Part shown: positions 35,318-45,466 of the stretch, piece after piece | Layout: each line of letters opens with the position of its first letter | How positions within the stretch are numbered: the first letter of the stretch is position 1 | Assembly: GCA_963674735.2 (NCBI GenBank) | Contig: CAXXQS010000001.1 | Span: 2,592,001 to 2,656,000 of the forward strand | Length of the DNA stretch: 64,000 bases | From: Myxococcota bacterium | GTDB lineage: Bacteria; Myxococcota_A; SURF-8 | Direction: 5' to 3' | Position numbers and translations under genes: made by a program | The notes under the pieces: generated by a model | Told to the model about the DNA's origin: nothing | The model's database searches: none | What the model saw: the letters and a program-made list of their open reading frames with translations, nothing else

Positions 35318-36960
35318 TACCACGCAACCGTTTTATCGACGCCGAGACGTCCCGCTACCTGGGCCTGGACGAAACGCTGGGCGAACTGCAGCCCGATTCC
35401 TCGGCGGGACGACGCGCTCTGCATCGGCTGGAGGCTTATGGCCCCGGCGACGAAGGACCGCTCCAGGCACACATGGAACGCCTGTGCGAAGCGCTGGCCC
35501 TCAAACGAAATCAACCCGGCGTATTCGAACGGCTGCGCCACCACCTGCGTGACACGCCATGGCTGGAAGATGCCTGGGAGGATCGCTGGGGACAGGCCGA
35601 GCTGTCTCTGCTCACCATTTTTCGGCACCGCCACCACAAACTGCACCGGGAATTGCAGGCGTCACCGTTTTTATCGGACTGGCTGAAGCTGGTGGAACCC
35701 GATCAACTGGGAGGCAAGGCCTGGGGCTCCGAGACTCCACCCAGCTTTTATCTCACCGATGACCGCTCCCCCGACTTGGCCGCGCTGCGCCGTGACATCC
35801 GCGATCTCAAGCAAGAATTGGACAGCCATGAAAGCGAACGGCGAGCACGCCTGGCCCAACGGCACGGACTGCCACCTGCAGCCAACCATTGGGTTGTCGA
35901 TCGGCTGCACGACCGCGAACATCTCGACGCCCTGATGACGGACGACGAGCTGACGATCATTGGGGAAACCGTGTCCACCCTGCGGCTAGCGCCGGCTCTG
36001 GACGCGGCACATCTGAAAATGGCCGAGCGGCTGGCGAATCGTTTACAGGCCGAACGCGACTGCGAAATGCGTCTATACGGCGAGATGGCCGCCCTCATTC
36101 GGCCGCAACGCGACCGCTGGTTCGCCGAAGCCGACAAACTCGCCCGGCTCGATCTGCTTCTGGCGCAAGCCCGGCTGGCCGAGCAATGGAACGCGAATGC
36201 CGCCGACATCACCTCCGACCGGGAGGTTCCGCTGGTTATCAACCGGGGGCGTCATCTCGGAATCGCCGACAGCGTCACAGCCGCAGGCGGCGACTATTCC
36301 CCGCTGTCGCTGGAATTCGACCGCCCGGCGCTGGTTCTCTCCGGCACCAATATGGGAGGGAAAACCGTCGTGCTGCAAACGGTCGGCTGGTTGCAGGCGC
36401 TGGTGCAATTCGGATTCATGGTGCCGGTACGCAACATGCGCACGCACTTGATGGACGGCATCGTGTCGGTGGCGGCCTCGACCGAAGGCATCGGCGGCTT
36501 GTCGGGCTTCGGCCGCGAAATCGACCGGCTGGCCACCTTTTTGCCCCTGCGCGAACACCCACATCTGTTTCTCATCGACGAACCGGGACGCACCACCCGC
36601 GTGGATGAAGGCCGCGCCCTCGCCCGCGCCCTGGCGCAGATCGTCACCACCTCGCCTTCACAGTTGTTGATGGCCACCCATTTCGACGGCATCACCGGCG
36701 ACGCCATCGGCCAACGCCGCATGGCCGGACTGCGCCGCGATCGACTGAAAGCCTGGCGCGCCGCCGCCCGGGCCGATCGTCCCCCGCTGCATCACTTGAT
36801 GGACTACCGCGTCACCGACACCAGCGATGGCGCATCCGCAAGCGACGCCCTCGACGTCGCCGAATTACTCGGTCTCGATACCGAGATCATCGCCGAAGCC
36901 CGGCGTTTATTATCGCAAGATCTTCTTCATCCCCCCGATGTACACCGCTCACACTCATAA
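35314..36960 (+). CDS. KamC-like MutS-domain ATPase (putative aminomutase reactivase subunit)
   Basis: SGTNMGGKT, LSGFGREI, LIDEPGRTT, ATHF. True start taken as 35314 (GGAGG RBS, ATGA overlap), not 34537. Confidence 0.75.
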   Translation: MIPRNRFIDAETSRYLGLDETLGELQPDSSAGRRALHRLEAYGPGDEGPLQAHMERLCEALALKRNQPGVFERLRHHLRDTPWLEDAWEDRWGQAELSLLTIFRHRHHKLHRELQASPFLSDWLKLVEPDQLGGKAWGSETPPSFYLTDDRSPDLAALRRDIRDLKQELDSHESERRARLAQRHGLPPAANHWVVDRLHDREHLDALMTDDELTIIGETVSTLRLAPALDAAHLKMAERLANRLQAERDCEMRLYGEMAALIRPQRDRWFAEADKLARLDLLLAQARLAEQWNANAADITSDREVPLVINRGRHLGIADSVTAAGGDYSPLSLEFDRPALVLSGTNMGGKTVVLQTVGWLQALVQFGFMVPVRNMRTHLMDGIVSVAASTEGIGGLSGFGREIDRLATFLPLREHPHLFLIDEPGRTTRVDEGRALARALAQIVTTSPSQLLMATHFDGITGDAIGQRRMAGLRRDRLKAWRAAARADRPPLHHLMDYRVTDTSDGASASDALDVAELLGLDTEIIAEARRLLSQDLLHPPDVHRSHS

Positions 36961-36975
36961 TTCGGAGGACTTGCC

Positions 36976-38559
36976 GTGTCGACCGCTCATCCCCGCACTG
37001 CCAAGCTGAAACTGGATCGCCACAAGATCGACCGTGCCCGCGAACACGCAAAACGTATCGCCGACGACGTGCAAACCAGGTTGAATCGCCACACCACGGT
37101 CACAATCGAACGCACAACTTTGCGATTGTTGGGCCTCAAGGGCGTCAACGAAGAAGACGAACCCCTGCCGAATGTCGTGGTGGATCGGCTGGGCGACCGT
37201 CTGGGCGATGGGGTGGCGACGCCGTTCATCACCGCCGTGGCCCGCAGCGGCAAAGACCCCGAAACCCTGGCACGCGCCCTCGACAGCGGCGATCTCGCCT
37301 TGTTCGACGCCGAGCCGCTCCCCCCGGAGCGTCTGGCCGAAGCAACGACCGATCTGCTGAATCCGCAACTCGACCGCATCCAACGCATGACGGCCATCCG
37401 CGAAGAGAAAATCGCCGACGAGCCGCCGCGTTCGCAACCGCTGCTTTACGTCATCGTCGCCACCGGCAACATCTTCGAAGATATCCTGCAGGCGCAAGGC
37501 GCGGCCCGTCAGGGTGCCGACATCATCGCCGTGATTCGCGCCACCGCCCAAAGCCTGCTCGACTACGTTCCCTACGGCACCACCACCGAAGGTTTCGGCG
37601 GTACCTACGCCACGCAGGAAAATTTTCAGCTCATGCGCGACGCTCTCGATGTGGTGGGCGACGAACTGGGCCGTTACATCCGCCTGGTGAACTACGCCTC
37701 GGGGCTGTGCATGCCCGAGATCTCGGCCATGGGCGCGCTCGAAGGGCTGGACATGATGCTCAACGACAGCATGTACGGCATTCTGTTCCGCGACATCAAC
37801 ATGCTGCGCACCTTCTGCGATCAGCACTTCTCGCGCATGATCAACGCCTATGCGCGCACCACCATCAACACCGGGGAAGACAACTACCTCACCACCGCCG
37901 ACGCTGTGGAAGCGGCGAACACCGTTTTGGCCTCCGACCTGATCAACGAACAGTTCGCCCTTAACTCCGGCCTGACGCCCGACCTGATGGGGCTGGGCCA
38001 TGCCTATGAAATCAAGCCGGAGATCGAAAACAGCTTCCTGCTCGAACTGGCCATGGCGCAGATGCTGCGCGAAGTATTCCCCGAGCATCCGCTCAAATAC
38101 ATGCCGCCCACCAAACACATGACCGGCGACATCTTCCGCACCCATCTGGTCAATGCGTTGTTCAACCTCGTATCGCAATGGACCGGCCAGGGCATCCAAC
38201 TTCTGGGGATGCTCACCGAAGCCATCCACACTCCCTATCTGCAAGACCGCTATCTGGCGATTCAAAACGCCCGCTTGGTGATGAATGCCGTTCGCTCGAT
38301 CGGCGACGAACTGGTTTTCAAGGACGGCGGGTTGATACAAACCCGAGCCGCCCAAGTTTTGGATGAAACCACCACGCTTTTGGAAGAAGTGGCGGCGACG
38401 GGCCTGATGGATTCCATTGCACAGGGACGCTTCGCCGACGTCAAACGTCCCAAAGACGGCGGCAAAGGCCTGACGGGCGTCGCACCGAAAAGCGACCGCT
38501 ATTTCAATCCCATGTTGGATGTATTCAGAACCACGCTTCACGCGGTCATCGACGAGTAG
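36976..38559 (+). CDS. kamD: D-lysine/beta-lysine 5,6-aminomutase alpha subunit
   Basis: YVIVATGNIFEDI, GADIIAVIR, QSLLDYVPYG, NYASGLCMPEI, KYMPPTK. Confidence 0.96.
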   Translation: MSTAHPRTAKLKLDRHKIDRAREHAKRIADDVQTRLNRHTTVTIERTTLRLLGLKGVNEEDEPLPNVVVDRLGDRLGDGVATPFITAVARSGKDPETLARALDSGDLALFDAEPLPPERLAEATTDLLNPQLDRIQRMTAIREEKIADEPPRSQPLLYVIVATGNIFEDILQAQGAARQGADIIAVIRATAQSLLDYVPYGTTTEGFGGTYATQENFQLMRDALDVVGDELGRYIRLVNYASGLCMPEISAMGALEGLDMMLNDSMYGILFRDINMLRTFCDQHFSRMINAYARTTINTGEDNYLTTADAVEAANTVLASDLINEQFALNSGLTPDLMGLGHAYEIKPEIENSFLLELAMAQMLREVFPEHPLKYMPPTKHMTGDIFRTHLVNALFNLVSQWTGQGIQLLGMLTEAIHTPYLQDRYLAIQNARLVMNAVRSIGDELVFKDGGLIQTRAAQVLDETTTLLEEVAATGLMDSIAQGRFADVKRPKDGGKGLTGVAPKSDRYFNPMLDVFRTTLHAVIDE

Positions 38560-38567
38560 GAACCACC

Positions 38568-39305
38568 ATGACGATCGATCTTAAAAAAGTCAAACCCTAC
38601 GGCGACACCCTGGACGACGGGGCGATTCAGCTTTCCTTCACCTTGCCCATTCCCGCCGACGAGCGCGCCCCCGAAGCCGCTCGACAACTGACCGAGCGGA
38701 TGGGTTTCACCGATGTTCTGGTGGTGCACCACCACGACTTGGGAAACGGCTTCACCTTCTTTGTGGTGTATGGCAAAAGCGTCCACACAATCGATGTGGA
38801 ATCCATCGTGGTCCCCAAAGTGGAATCGAACGCCTACAGCTATTACGATGTCAATCGCCTGATCGAAACGCAGATCGGGCGCAAGCTGGTCGTCGTGGGC
38901 GCTTGTACCGGATCGGACGCGCATACCGTCGGTATCGACGCCGTTATGAACATGAAGGGGTATAACCAGCACTACGGGTTGGAACGCTATCCCTGGATCG
39001 AGGCGCTGAACATGGGCAGCCAAGTGCCTAACGACACCCTGTTGCGACGCGCCATCGACCTAAACGCCGATGCGGTGCTCGTCTCGCAGGTGGTGACGGC
39101 CAAGGATTCCCACGTGGAAAACCTGACCGAGTTCATCGAGCTGGCCGAAAGCTACGGCGTTCGCGGGAAAATGATTCTGATCGTCGGCGGTCCGCGGATC
39201 TCGCACCAACTCGCCCTGGAACTCGGTTTCAACGCCGGTTTCGGGCCCGGCACCTATGCCGAACACGTGGCCGGTTTCATCGTGGACGAAATCCTCAAAC
39301 GCTGA
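38568..39305 (+). CDS. kamE: Lysine 5,6-aminomutase beta subunit (AdoCbl-binding)
   Basis: KPYGDTLDDG, DAHTVG cobalamin motif, MNMKG PLP lysine. Confidence 0.96.
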   Translation: MTIDLKKVKPYGDTLDDGAIQLSFTLPIPADERAPEAARQLTERMGFTDVLVVHHHDLGNGFTFFVVYGKSVHTIDVESIVVPKVESNAYSYYDVNRLIETQIGRKLVVVGACTGSDAHTVGIDAVMNMKGYNQHYGLERYPWIEALNMGSQVPNDTLLRRAIDLNADAVLVSQVVTAKDSHVENLTEFIELAESYGVRGKMILIVGGPRISHQLALELGFNAGFGPGTYAEHVAGFIVDEILKR

Positions 39306-39327
39306 ATCGGTTCGTCTTCTGCCAAAG

Positions 39328-39350
39328 AAAAAGGGCGGCTCACGCCGCCC
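39328..39350 (-). terminator. Terminator between convergent kamE and the WG-repeat gene
   Basis: Stem gggcggc/gccgccc with an adjacent A5 tract. Confidence 0.6.
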
Positions 39351-39375
39351 GGATTCGCCAAAAAACGAATACAAG

Positions 39376-40371
39376 CTACAGCTTGACCTTCACTTCCGCC
39401 AAGCCGCTGGCAAACGAACTGGCGAAGTTGTACTGCGGTTGAATGATGAACTGGCCGGATTTTCCGATGAACCCCCACTTTTTCGAGTCGTCCAGAACCG
39501 GCGCGAGACCCTCGGAAAAAGAGCCGACCGCTTTGAAACGCGGGTTGATGATATACTTGCCCGCATCATCGATGAAACCCCACACATTAGCCAGGCGCAC
39601 CGCCGCCAGATTTTCGGAGAACGGCAACACCTCATCGAATTGCGGGTTGATGACGAATTGTCCGCCCGCATTGATGAAGCCCCACAGTTTGTCCACTTTC
39701 ACCGCCGCCATCCCGTTGTGAAAAGGCCGCGCATTCTGAAATTGAGCCTGGATGATCAGCTGGCCATCCGGGGTGATATAGCCCCAGTTCTTCTCAACCT
39801 TCACCGCCGCCAGACCTTCGGTAAACGAGCGGGCCGCTTTGTACTGGGCGGGGATCTTCAGCGAACCACTACGATCGACATACCCCACATCGCCCTTGAC
39901 CTTCACCCAGGCCAGCCCCTGCGAAAACGGTCCGGCCTCATCGAACTGTTCCGGAATGATCTGGTTTCCCGAGGTGTCGATATAGCCCCATTTCTTTTGT
40001 TTGACCGCCGCCGCACCTTCGGAGAAATGTCGAGCGTCTTTGAAAGACGGATTGATCGTGTACAAGCCCCGTCGGTCGATAAACCCGTACAGCTTGCCGG
40101 TTTTGGCCCGCGCCAATTCTTCGCTAAACGGATAGGCTTCGGCAAACTGCGGATTGATGGAGAACTGACCGTCGAGCCCGATATAGCCCCAGCGCTTGCC
40201 GACATACACCGTGGCCAATCCCGCGACAAACGGGCGACTTTTCTCGAATTGCGGCGGAACCACCATTTTGCCGGTTTTGTTGATGTACGCTCCCTTGCCG
40301 CTCACACAGCCAATCAGTAAAGCTACGGCAAGCAGCCCCATCACCCAAGACCCTGCCAATCGCATCGGCAT
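39376..40371 (-). CDS. WG-repeat lipoprotein
   Basis: Lipobox LIGC; about eight FSEGLA.VK...WG(Y/F)I...G...I.PQF repeats. Confidence 0.9.
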   Translation of the reverse strand: MPMRLAGSWVMGLLAVALLIGCVSGKGAYINKTGKMVVPPQFEKSRPFVAGLATVYVGKRWGYIGLDGQFSINPQFAEAYPFSEELARAKTGKLYGFIDRRGLYTINPSFKDARHFSEGAAAVKQKKWGYIDTSGNQIIPEQFDEAGPFSQGLAWVKVKGDVGYVDRSGSLKIPAQYKAARSFTEGLAAVKVEKNWGYITPDGQLIIQAQFQNARPFHNGMAAVKVDKLWGFINAGGQFVINPQFDEVLPFSENLAAVRLANVWGFIDDAGKYIINPRFKAVGSFSEGLAPVLDDSKKWGFIGKSGQFIIQPQYNFASSFASGLAEVKVKL

Positions 40372-40420
40372 CGCTTGTCCTCCCTTTAAATGATTTTACG
40401 ACTTGTTGATTGAGAATAAT

Positions 40421-41125
40421 TTATTTCAGCCGTTCTGTCATCCCTAAAAGCCACCGATGCACCGGCAACATGGCTTCGTAACGCCGGGCGACAAATTCCA
40501 CCAGTCGAGCCGACGTCAGGGAGGCCGGCACCGGCCCGTTCCAACTGACCCACAATCCGTTATATTTCAACAGCTCGGCATGCGGATGTTCCGCATCGAA
40601 TCCACGCGGCACGCGTTTGTAATGCTCTCCCCCAATGGCATAGTCCCCGGCTGCGGCCACCTCGCCGATCGCCGCGACCAGAGCCGGACCGTGTTTGGGA
40701 TGCACCACCTCCTGTCGGTAGGCGTCGAGCAGCGGTTTGGAGAAACAATGAATGCCCGTTCCCAACATCAGGCCGCTTTCCTCCAAATGAAAATAAAACC
40801 CGCTCGACTCCATCTTCTTACCCGCCCCTTCCCACAAAAATATTCCGAGGTGGGTTTTGTAGGGTGTTTTATCTTTCGAAAAACGGGTGTCGCGATAGAT
40901 GCGAAAGATGGACCCATTGATGCGCGGCTCCGCCACGATTCCGGGAGCGCTGGGATGCAGCCGCGCTCCCAGAGCCATAACGAAACGTCGGGCGGGCTCG
41001 ACCAACTCGCGTTCGTAACGCTCTTTGTTTTCGACAAACCAATCCTTCACATTGTTGCGCGCCAGGTCGTGCAGAAAGCCCGTCGCACCATGCCCGAATC
41101 CCACGAAATCCCGTTCATCCGTCAT
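40421..41125 (-). CDS. DUF2461 (TIGR02453) family protein
   Basis: NNVKDWF..NKERYE, IFRIYRDTRFSKDKTPYKTH, KRVPRGF. Confidence 0.9.
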   Translation of the reverse strand: MTDERDFVGFGHGATGFLHDLARNNVKDWFVENKERYERELVEPARRFVMALGARLHPSAPGIVAEPRINGSIFRIYRDTRFSKDKTPYKTHLGIFLWEGAGKKMESSGFYFHLEESGLMLGTGIHCFSKPLLDAYRQEVVHPKHGPALVAAIGEVAAAGDYAIGGEHYKRVPRGFDAEHPHAELLKYNGLWVSWNGPVPASLTSARLVEFVARRYEAMLPVHRWLLGMTERLK

Positions 41126-41167
41126 CGCCGTTCTCCTTGTCTCCCGGCCGCAAGGTCCGGAGACCGC

Positions 41168-41563
41168 TCACAGACTTTCGATGACTTTCTTGAGCTTTTC
41201 GCTGACTCCCGCCGCCACATCGGCCAAGGCCGGATTGCCGATCGCCCCCATGGCAGCCATGGGATTGACGGCCGAGACGGTCGTCGTGCCATCCGCGTTT
41301 TGATAAACGACCACGTTACAGGGCATCATCAGGCCGATATCGGGTTCGGCGCTGATCGACTGATACGCGAAAGGCGGATTGCAGGCACCCAGAATGCGGT
41401 AAGGCCGGATCGTTTTGTCTAGTTTTTTCTTCATGGTGGCCTGCACATCGATTTCACTGAGAACGCCGAAGCCCTCGCGGGACAAGGCTTCGCGTACACG
41501 GATTTCGGCTTGCTCGGGCGATACGCTCATATGCGTTTTGAATCCATAATCCAACGGTTCCAT
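41168..41563 (-). CDS. DUF302 family protein
   Basis: GFGVLSEIDVQATMKKKL, YRILGACNP, IGLMMPCNVVV; start after GAGGAGG. Confidence 0.9.
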   Translation of the reverse strand: MEPLDYGFKTHMSVSPEQAEIRVREALSREGFGVLSEIDVQATMKKKLDKTIRPYRILGACNPPFAYQSISAEPDIGLMMPCNVVVYQNADGTTTVSAVNPMAAMGAIGNPALADVAAGVSEKLKKVIESL

Positions 41564-41866
41564 AACGTCCTCCTCATATCGATCTAACGGGTTGATCACA
41601 TTCGCTTTCACTTGATGATAGAAATACCTCGAAAATTGTCAATCGGATATTGAAAATGAAGAACGGCAAACGTCGCGATTTCTTCCATTTAAGCCACCGT
41701 CTCCGCGAAAAACACTCTTGCCTTAATTATCATCATGATGATTCCGATATTATCTTGTACTATAATTATTTATCCATATCGCGAAATAGGCCTATTTTAC
41801 GACAGGCCTTTGTTTTAAGCATTTTTCGGGCAAAATCGGCCTGAAATTATTTTTTTAATTTGTGTC

Positions 41867-41895
41867 TTGACAGCAAGCCGAATCTCCGATAGTTT
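41867..41895 (+). promoter_or_regulatory. Putative sigma70 promoter of the fis-like gene
   Basis: TTGACA-17-TAGTTT with an AT-rich UP-like tract upstream. Confidence 0.55.
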
Positions 41896-41972
41896 AGAGG
41901 TCGGTGGGGACCGACACCACCCATTCAACCGAAATAACCCATTTTTTCACCCCCATTCATTAATGGAGGCAG

Positions 41973-42323
41973 GTGGAAGTGCATTCAAAATCAAGCAGTT
42001 TTGCTTTCTACTCAGAATCCGTTCAGGAGAAGTCCGCTGAAAGCCTCGGGTTTCCGCACGAACGCGGTGCTTCGGCCTATTCTTTGGAGTCGATCGTTTA
42101 TCAGAAGCTGAAAACCGTCGTCCCAAAGCTGGATCACACCCTGGAAGGCGACCTCTACCAAACGGTCATCAGCATGGTTGAACGCCCGTTGATCGAACTG
42201 GTTTTGCAAAGCACACGCGGCAATCAGTGCAAAGCTGCTGATATTCTTGGAATTAATCGCAACACCCTACGTAAAAAAATCAGCCTCCTGGGCATCGAGC
42301 CCAAATCCTGTAAAGGCCATTGA
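41973..42323 (+). CDS. Fis-family HTH DNA-binding protein
   Basis: LYQTVISMVERPLIELVL..TRGNQCKAADILGINRNTLRKKI. Confidence 0.85.
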   Translation: MEVHSKSSSFAFYSESVQEKSAESLGFPHERGASAYSLESIVYQKLKTVVPKLDHTLEGDLYQTVISMVERPLIELVLQSTRGNQCKAADILGINRNTLRKKISLLGIEPKSCKGH

Positions 42324-42406
42324 CATTCAGTCCGGACCGGCTTACCTTCCCTGAACAGTGAGGATTAATCCGAGTTTAGCCAGCCTTCTCGGCTGCAAAC
42401 TCCTCA

Positions 42407-43225
42407 ATGGGAAGGAACGTCATGCCATCTTCCAAGCAACCTGCCGATGCGTTGCCGCCTTTTTGCCTGACCATCGCCGGTCTCGATCCGACCGGCGGCG
42501 CGGGAGCCACGGCGGATCTGCGCGTTTTCCGACGCCTCGGACGCTATGGACTGACGGCGCTGACCGCCTTGACCCCACAAAACACTCGTGGCGTAAAGGG
42601 AATTCACCCCGTCTCAGCCAAGGCTTTACGCCAGGAACTAACCGCCGTTTTTGAGGATTTTCCGGTCGCCTGCGCCAAAACCGGTCAGATCCCCAATCGC
42701 GACCTGGCCCGCGAGATCGTGAAAGCCCTCAAGGCCCACCCGATTCCATTGGTCATCGACCCGGTCATGGTCCCGACCCGCGGCATGTGGCTGGTGGAAA
42801 AAGAAGCGGTTGCATATATGAAACGCAACCTGCTGCCGCTGGCGACCCTGATCACGCCGAATGTCGAGGAAGCCGCGTTTCTGGCCGAAATACCGATTGA
42901 AAACCTGGCCGACATGGAACGCGCCGCCCGCCTGCTCGTACCGAAGATCACTCCGGCGGTCGTCATCACCGGCGGCGACAGCGTCGAAGAAGGGGCGCTC
43001 GACCTCTTCTATGACGGCGAAACACAACACTATTTCAAGGCCAGGAAACGGCCGGTGGGAGATATACACGGAACGGGCTGCCACTTCTCGGCGGCGGTTT
43101 GCGCATTCATCGCCGGAGGCTTATCCCCCTTCGAAGCGGTCGGACGCGCCAAACAGACCCTGACGGCTCTGATCGACCGTGCCCTGATCGACCCGACCGG
43201 CCAGATGAAAATCCTCAATAGTTGA
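42407..43225 (+). CDS. thiD: Hydroxymethylpyrimidine/phosphomethylpyrimidine kinase
   Basis: LTIAGLDPTGGAG, VIDPVM, LITPNVEEA, HGTGCHFS. Confidence 0.9.
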   Translation: MGRNVMPSSKQPADALPPFCLTIAGLDPTGGAGATADLRVFRRLGRYGLTALTALTPQNTRGVKGIHPVSAKALRQELTAVFEDFPVACAKTGQIPNRDLAREIVKALKAHPIPLVIDPVMVPTRGMWLVEKEAVAYMKRNLLPLATLITPNVEEAAFLAEIPIENLADMERAARLLVPKITPAVVITGGDSVEEGALDLFYDGETQHYFKARKRPVGDIHGTGCHFSAAVCAFIAGGLSPFEAVGRAKQTLTALIDRALIDPTGQMKILNS

Positions 43226-43228
43226 GCG

Positions 43229-44602
43229 TTAGTTCCCGTAGCCCCCGTAGGCGTCGTCGTCTTCGTCCGAGGCGTTTTCGAAAAGCGTGTATTGGCGGAA
43301 GTAGCGAACTTCCGCCTTGCCGGTGGGACCGGATCGTTGTTTGGCCACGATCACTTCGGCGTTGTTTTCCTCTTCCACCTTGTCGGGATTGTAGTAGCTG
43401 TCGCGGTAGATGAAGATGATCACGTCGGCATCCTGCTCGATAGCGCCCGACTCACGTAAATCGGAGAGCTGCGGACGCTTATCCTGCCGTTTCTCAAGAT
43501 CGCGGTTGAGCTGCGACAAAGCCATCACCGGGATTTCCAGTTCCTTGGCCAACCCTTTCAGCGAACGGGAAATCTGGGAAATCTCCTGCTCGCGGCTGGC
43601 ATCGCGCCCCAATCCGACTCCACGCATCAACTGCAGGTAATCGACGATCACCAGATCGAGTCCGTGCATCATTTTCATACGGCGCGCCTTCGAACGCAGC
43701 GCCATAATATTCAGATCGGCCGCATCGTCGATGAAGATTTCGGTTGCCGATAGGCGGTCGGCGGCGGTGCTGAGATCGACCCATTCCTTGTCGTTGAGTC
43801 GTCCGGTGCGGAAATTCTGCGAATCCACCCGCGCCAGCGCGCACATCATGCGAATCACCAGTTCGTTGCGGCTCATCTCCAAGCTGAAGACCCCCACCTT
43901 GGCCCCTACATTCAGGGCCGCATGGGTGGCGATATTGAGGGCCAGCGAGGTTTTGCCCATGGCGGGCCGGGCGGCCACGATGATCAGCTCCGAGGGCTGC
44001 AAGCCGGAGGTCATGCGGTCGAGCTCGTAAAACCCGGTATTGACGCCCCCCGCACCCGGAACATGCGAATCGAGTTCTTCGATCCGTTTGAAGGCTTCGT
44101 GGACCACATCTTTGATCTGCCGATAAGGTTGCTCGATCTTCTCCTGGGAGATGTCAAACAGACGCTTTTCCATACGATCGACGAAATCTTCCACATCGGG
44201 GGGATCGTCGAAGCCTTCCCCGACGATTTCCATGCCTGCGTGGATGATGTTGCGCAACAGCGCCTTTTCGCGGATCAGCCGGGCATAGGCGGTGGCGTGC
44301 GCCGCCGTCGGCACGCGGGCGGCCAGTTCGGCCAGATATTCCACCCCACCCACGGTATCCAGAACACCCGCCTTTTCCATCCGGTCCTTCAAGGTCACCA
44401 GATCGATGGGGGCCGCCTGACTCGACAATTCGAGGACCGCCGTGAAGATGTGGCGGTGGCTTTCCTGGTAAAAATGCTCCGGACGCACGATTTCCGTCAC
44501 CATGTTCAGGGAATTGGCGTCGATCAGGATACCGCCCAGCAACGCCTGTTCGGCATCGATGGAATGAGGCGGAACCCGCTGCAGCAAGGGATCAGATGGC
44601 AT
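43229..44602 (-). CDS. dnaB: Replicative DNA helicase
   Basis: PPHSIDAEQALLGG, AARPAMGKT, VDYLQLM, SDLRESGAIEQDAD; no intein. Confidence 0.98.
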   Translation of the reverse strand: MPSDPLLQRVPPHSIDAEQALLGGILIDANSLNMVTEIVRPEHFYQESHRHIFTAVLELSSQAAPIDLVTLKDRMEKAGVLDTVGGVEYLAELAARVPTAAHATAYARLIREKALLRNIIHAGMEIVGEGFDDPPDVEDFVDRMEKRLFDISQEKIEQPYRQIKDVVHEAFKRIEELDSHVPGAGGVNTGFYELDRMTSGLQPSELIIVAARPAMGKTSLALNIATHAALNVGAKVGVFSLEMSRNELVIRMMCALARVDSQNFRTGRLNDKEWVDLSTAADRLSATEIFIDDAADLNIMALRSKARRMKMMHGLDLVIVDYLQLMRGVGLGRDASREQEISQISRSLKGLAKELEIPVMALSQLNRDLEKRQDKRPQLSDLRESGAIEQDADVIIFIYRDSYYNPDKVEEENNAEVIVAKQRSGPTGKAEVRYFRQYTLFENASDEDDDAYGGYGN

Positions 44603-44634
44603 GTTGTTAATCCTTCGAAGGCCCTACTGTGCAC

Positions 44635-44663
44635 AAAAAAGGCCCCGCTGTCAATGCGGGGCC
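44635..44663 (-). terminator. Intrinsic terminator between rplI and dnaB
   Basis: Stem ggccccgc/gcggggcc followed by T6 on the minus strand. Confidence 0.8.
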
Positions 44664-44683
44664 CGAAGAATCCGTGGTTCCGC

Positions 44684-45127
44684 TTACTTAGCCACAACCC
44701 AGAGTTTCAGAGTCGCGGTAACATCGACATGCAATTTGATGGCGACTTCGTAAACGCCCAGCTCTTTGACCTGATCGTCGAGCTGAATGGAGCGCCGATT
44801 GATGAGGATGCCTTCCTCACGCAAGGTCTCTTCGATATCTTTGTTGGTCACCGACCCGAACAGGCGGTTGTTCTCGCCCACGCGCTTGGCGATGGTGCAA
44901 GACGTCTTGGCGATACGCGCGGCCAACTCCTCCGCGATCTCCTTTTCTTTCTTGAACCGGCTGGCGATGACCTGCCGCTCGTGCTCGACACTCTTGATGT
45001 TTTTACTGGTGGCCGGGCTGACCAGTCCCTGCGGGACCAGATAGTTGCGAGCATAACCGTCTTTCACGTCGATCAAGTCGCCGCCGTTGCCCAGGCCCTT
45101 GATATCTTGCTTCAGGATCACTTTCAT
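44684..45127 (-). CDS. rplI: 50S ribosomal protein L9
   Basis: MKVILKQDIKGLG, VKDGYARNYLVP, LFGSVT. Confidence 0.98.
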   Translation of the reverse strand: MKVILKQDIKGLGNGGDLIDVKDGYARNYLVPQGLVSPATSKNIKSVEHERQVIASRFKKEKEIAEELAARIAKTSCTIAKRVGENNRLFGSVTNKDIEETLREEGILINRRSIQLDDQVKELGVYEVAIKLHVDVTATLKLWVVAK

Positions 45128-45145
45128 GATCGCCTCCTTCCGCTT

Positions 45146-45412
45146 TTATTCGCCCAGGACCATGTAAGGCATCATGGCGATGTTACGCGCCTGCTTGATG
45201 GCCAGGCTCAAACGACGCTGATGCTTGGCGCAGGTGCCGGAAATGCGGCGCGGGACGATCTTGCCGCGTTCCGTCACGAACTGCTCAAGCAGACTGACAT
45301 TCTTATAGTCGATAACAAGCAAGCTATCGGCGCAGAAGCGGCACACCTTCCGCTTCGGATGGGCGCGTCTCTTCTTTCGTTTCTTCTTCATACCGGCTCG
45401 CATGCGTGCCAT
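45146..45412 (-). CDS. rpsR: 30S ribosomal protein S18 (Zn-motif form)
   Basis: [29 protein letters not shown]. Confidence 0.98.
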   Translation of the reverse strand: MARMRAGMKKKRKKRRAHPKRKVCRFCADSLLVIDYKNVSLLEQFVTERGKIVPRRISGTCAKHQRRLSLAIKQARNIAMMPYMVLGE

Positions 45413-45466
45413 GGAACATCTCCTTCCTATGACTCAACCGCCCAAGGCGGCGTCGTTTTCCGTATT

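Noticed and set aside
42324-42420. TPP riboswitch upstream of thiD
   Set aside because: Conserved CTGAGA and CCTGA..GTAA..GCG.AGG elements not found
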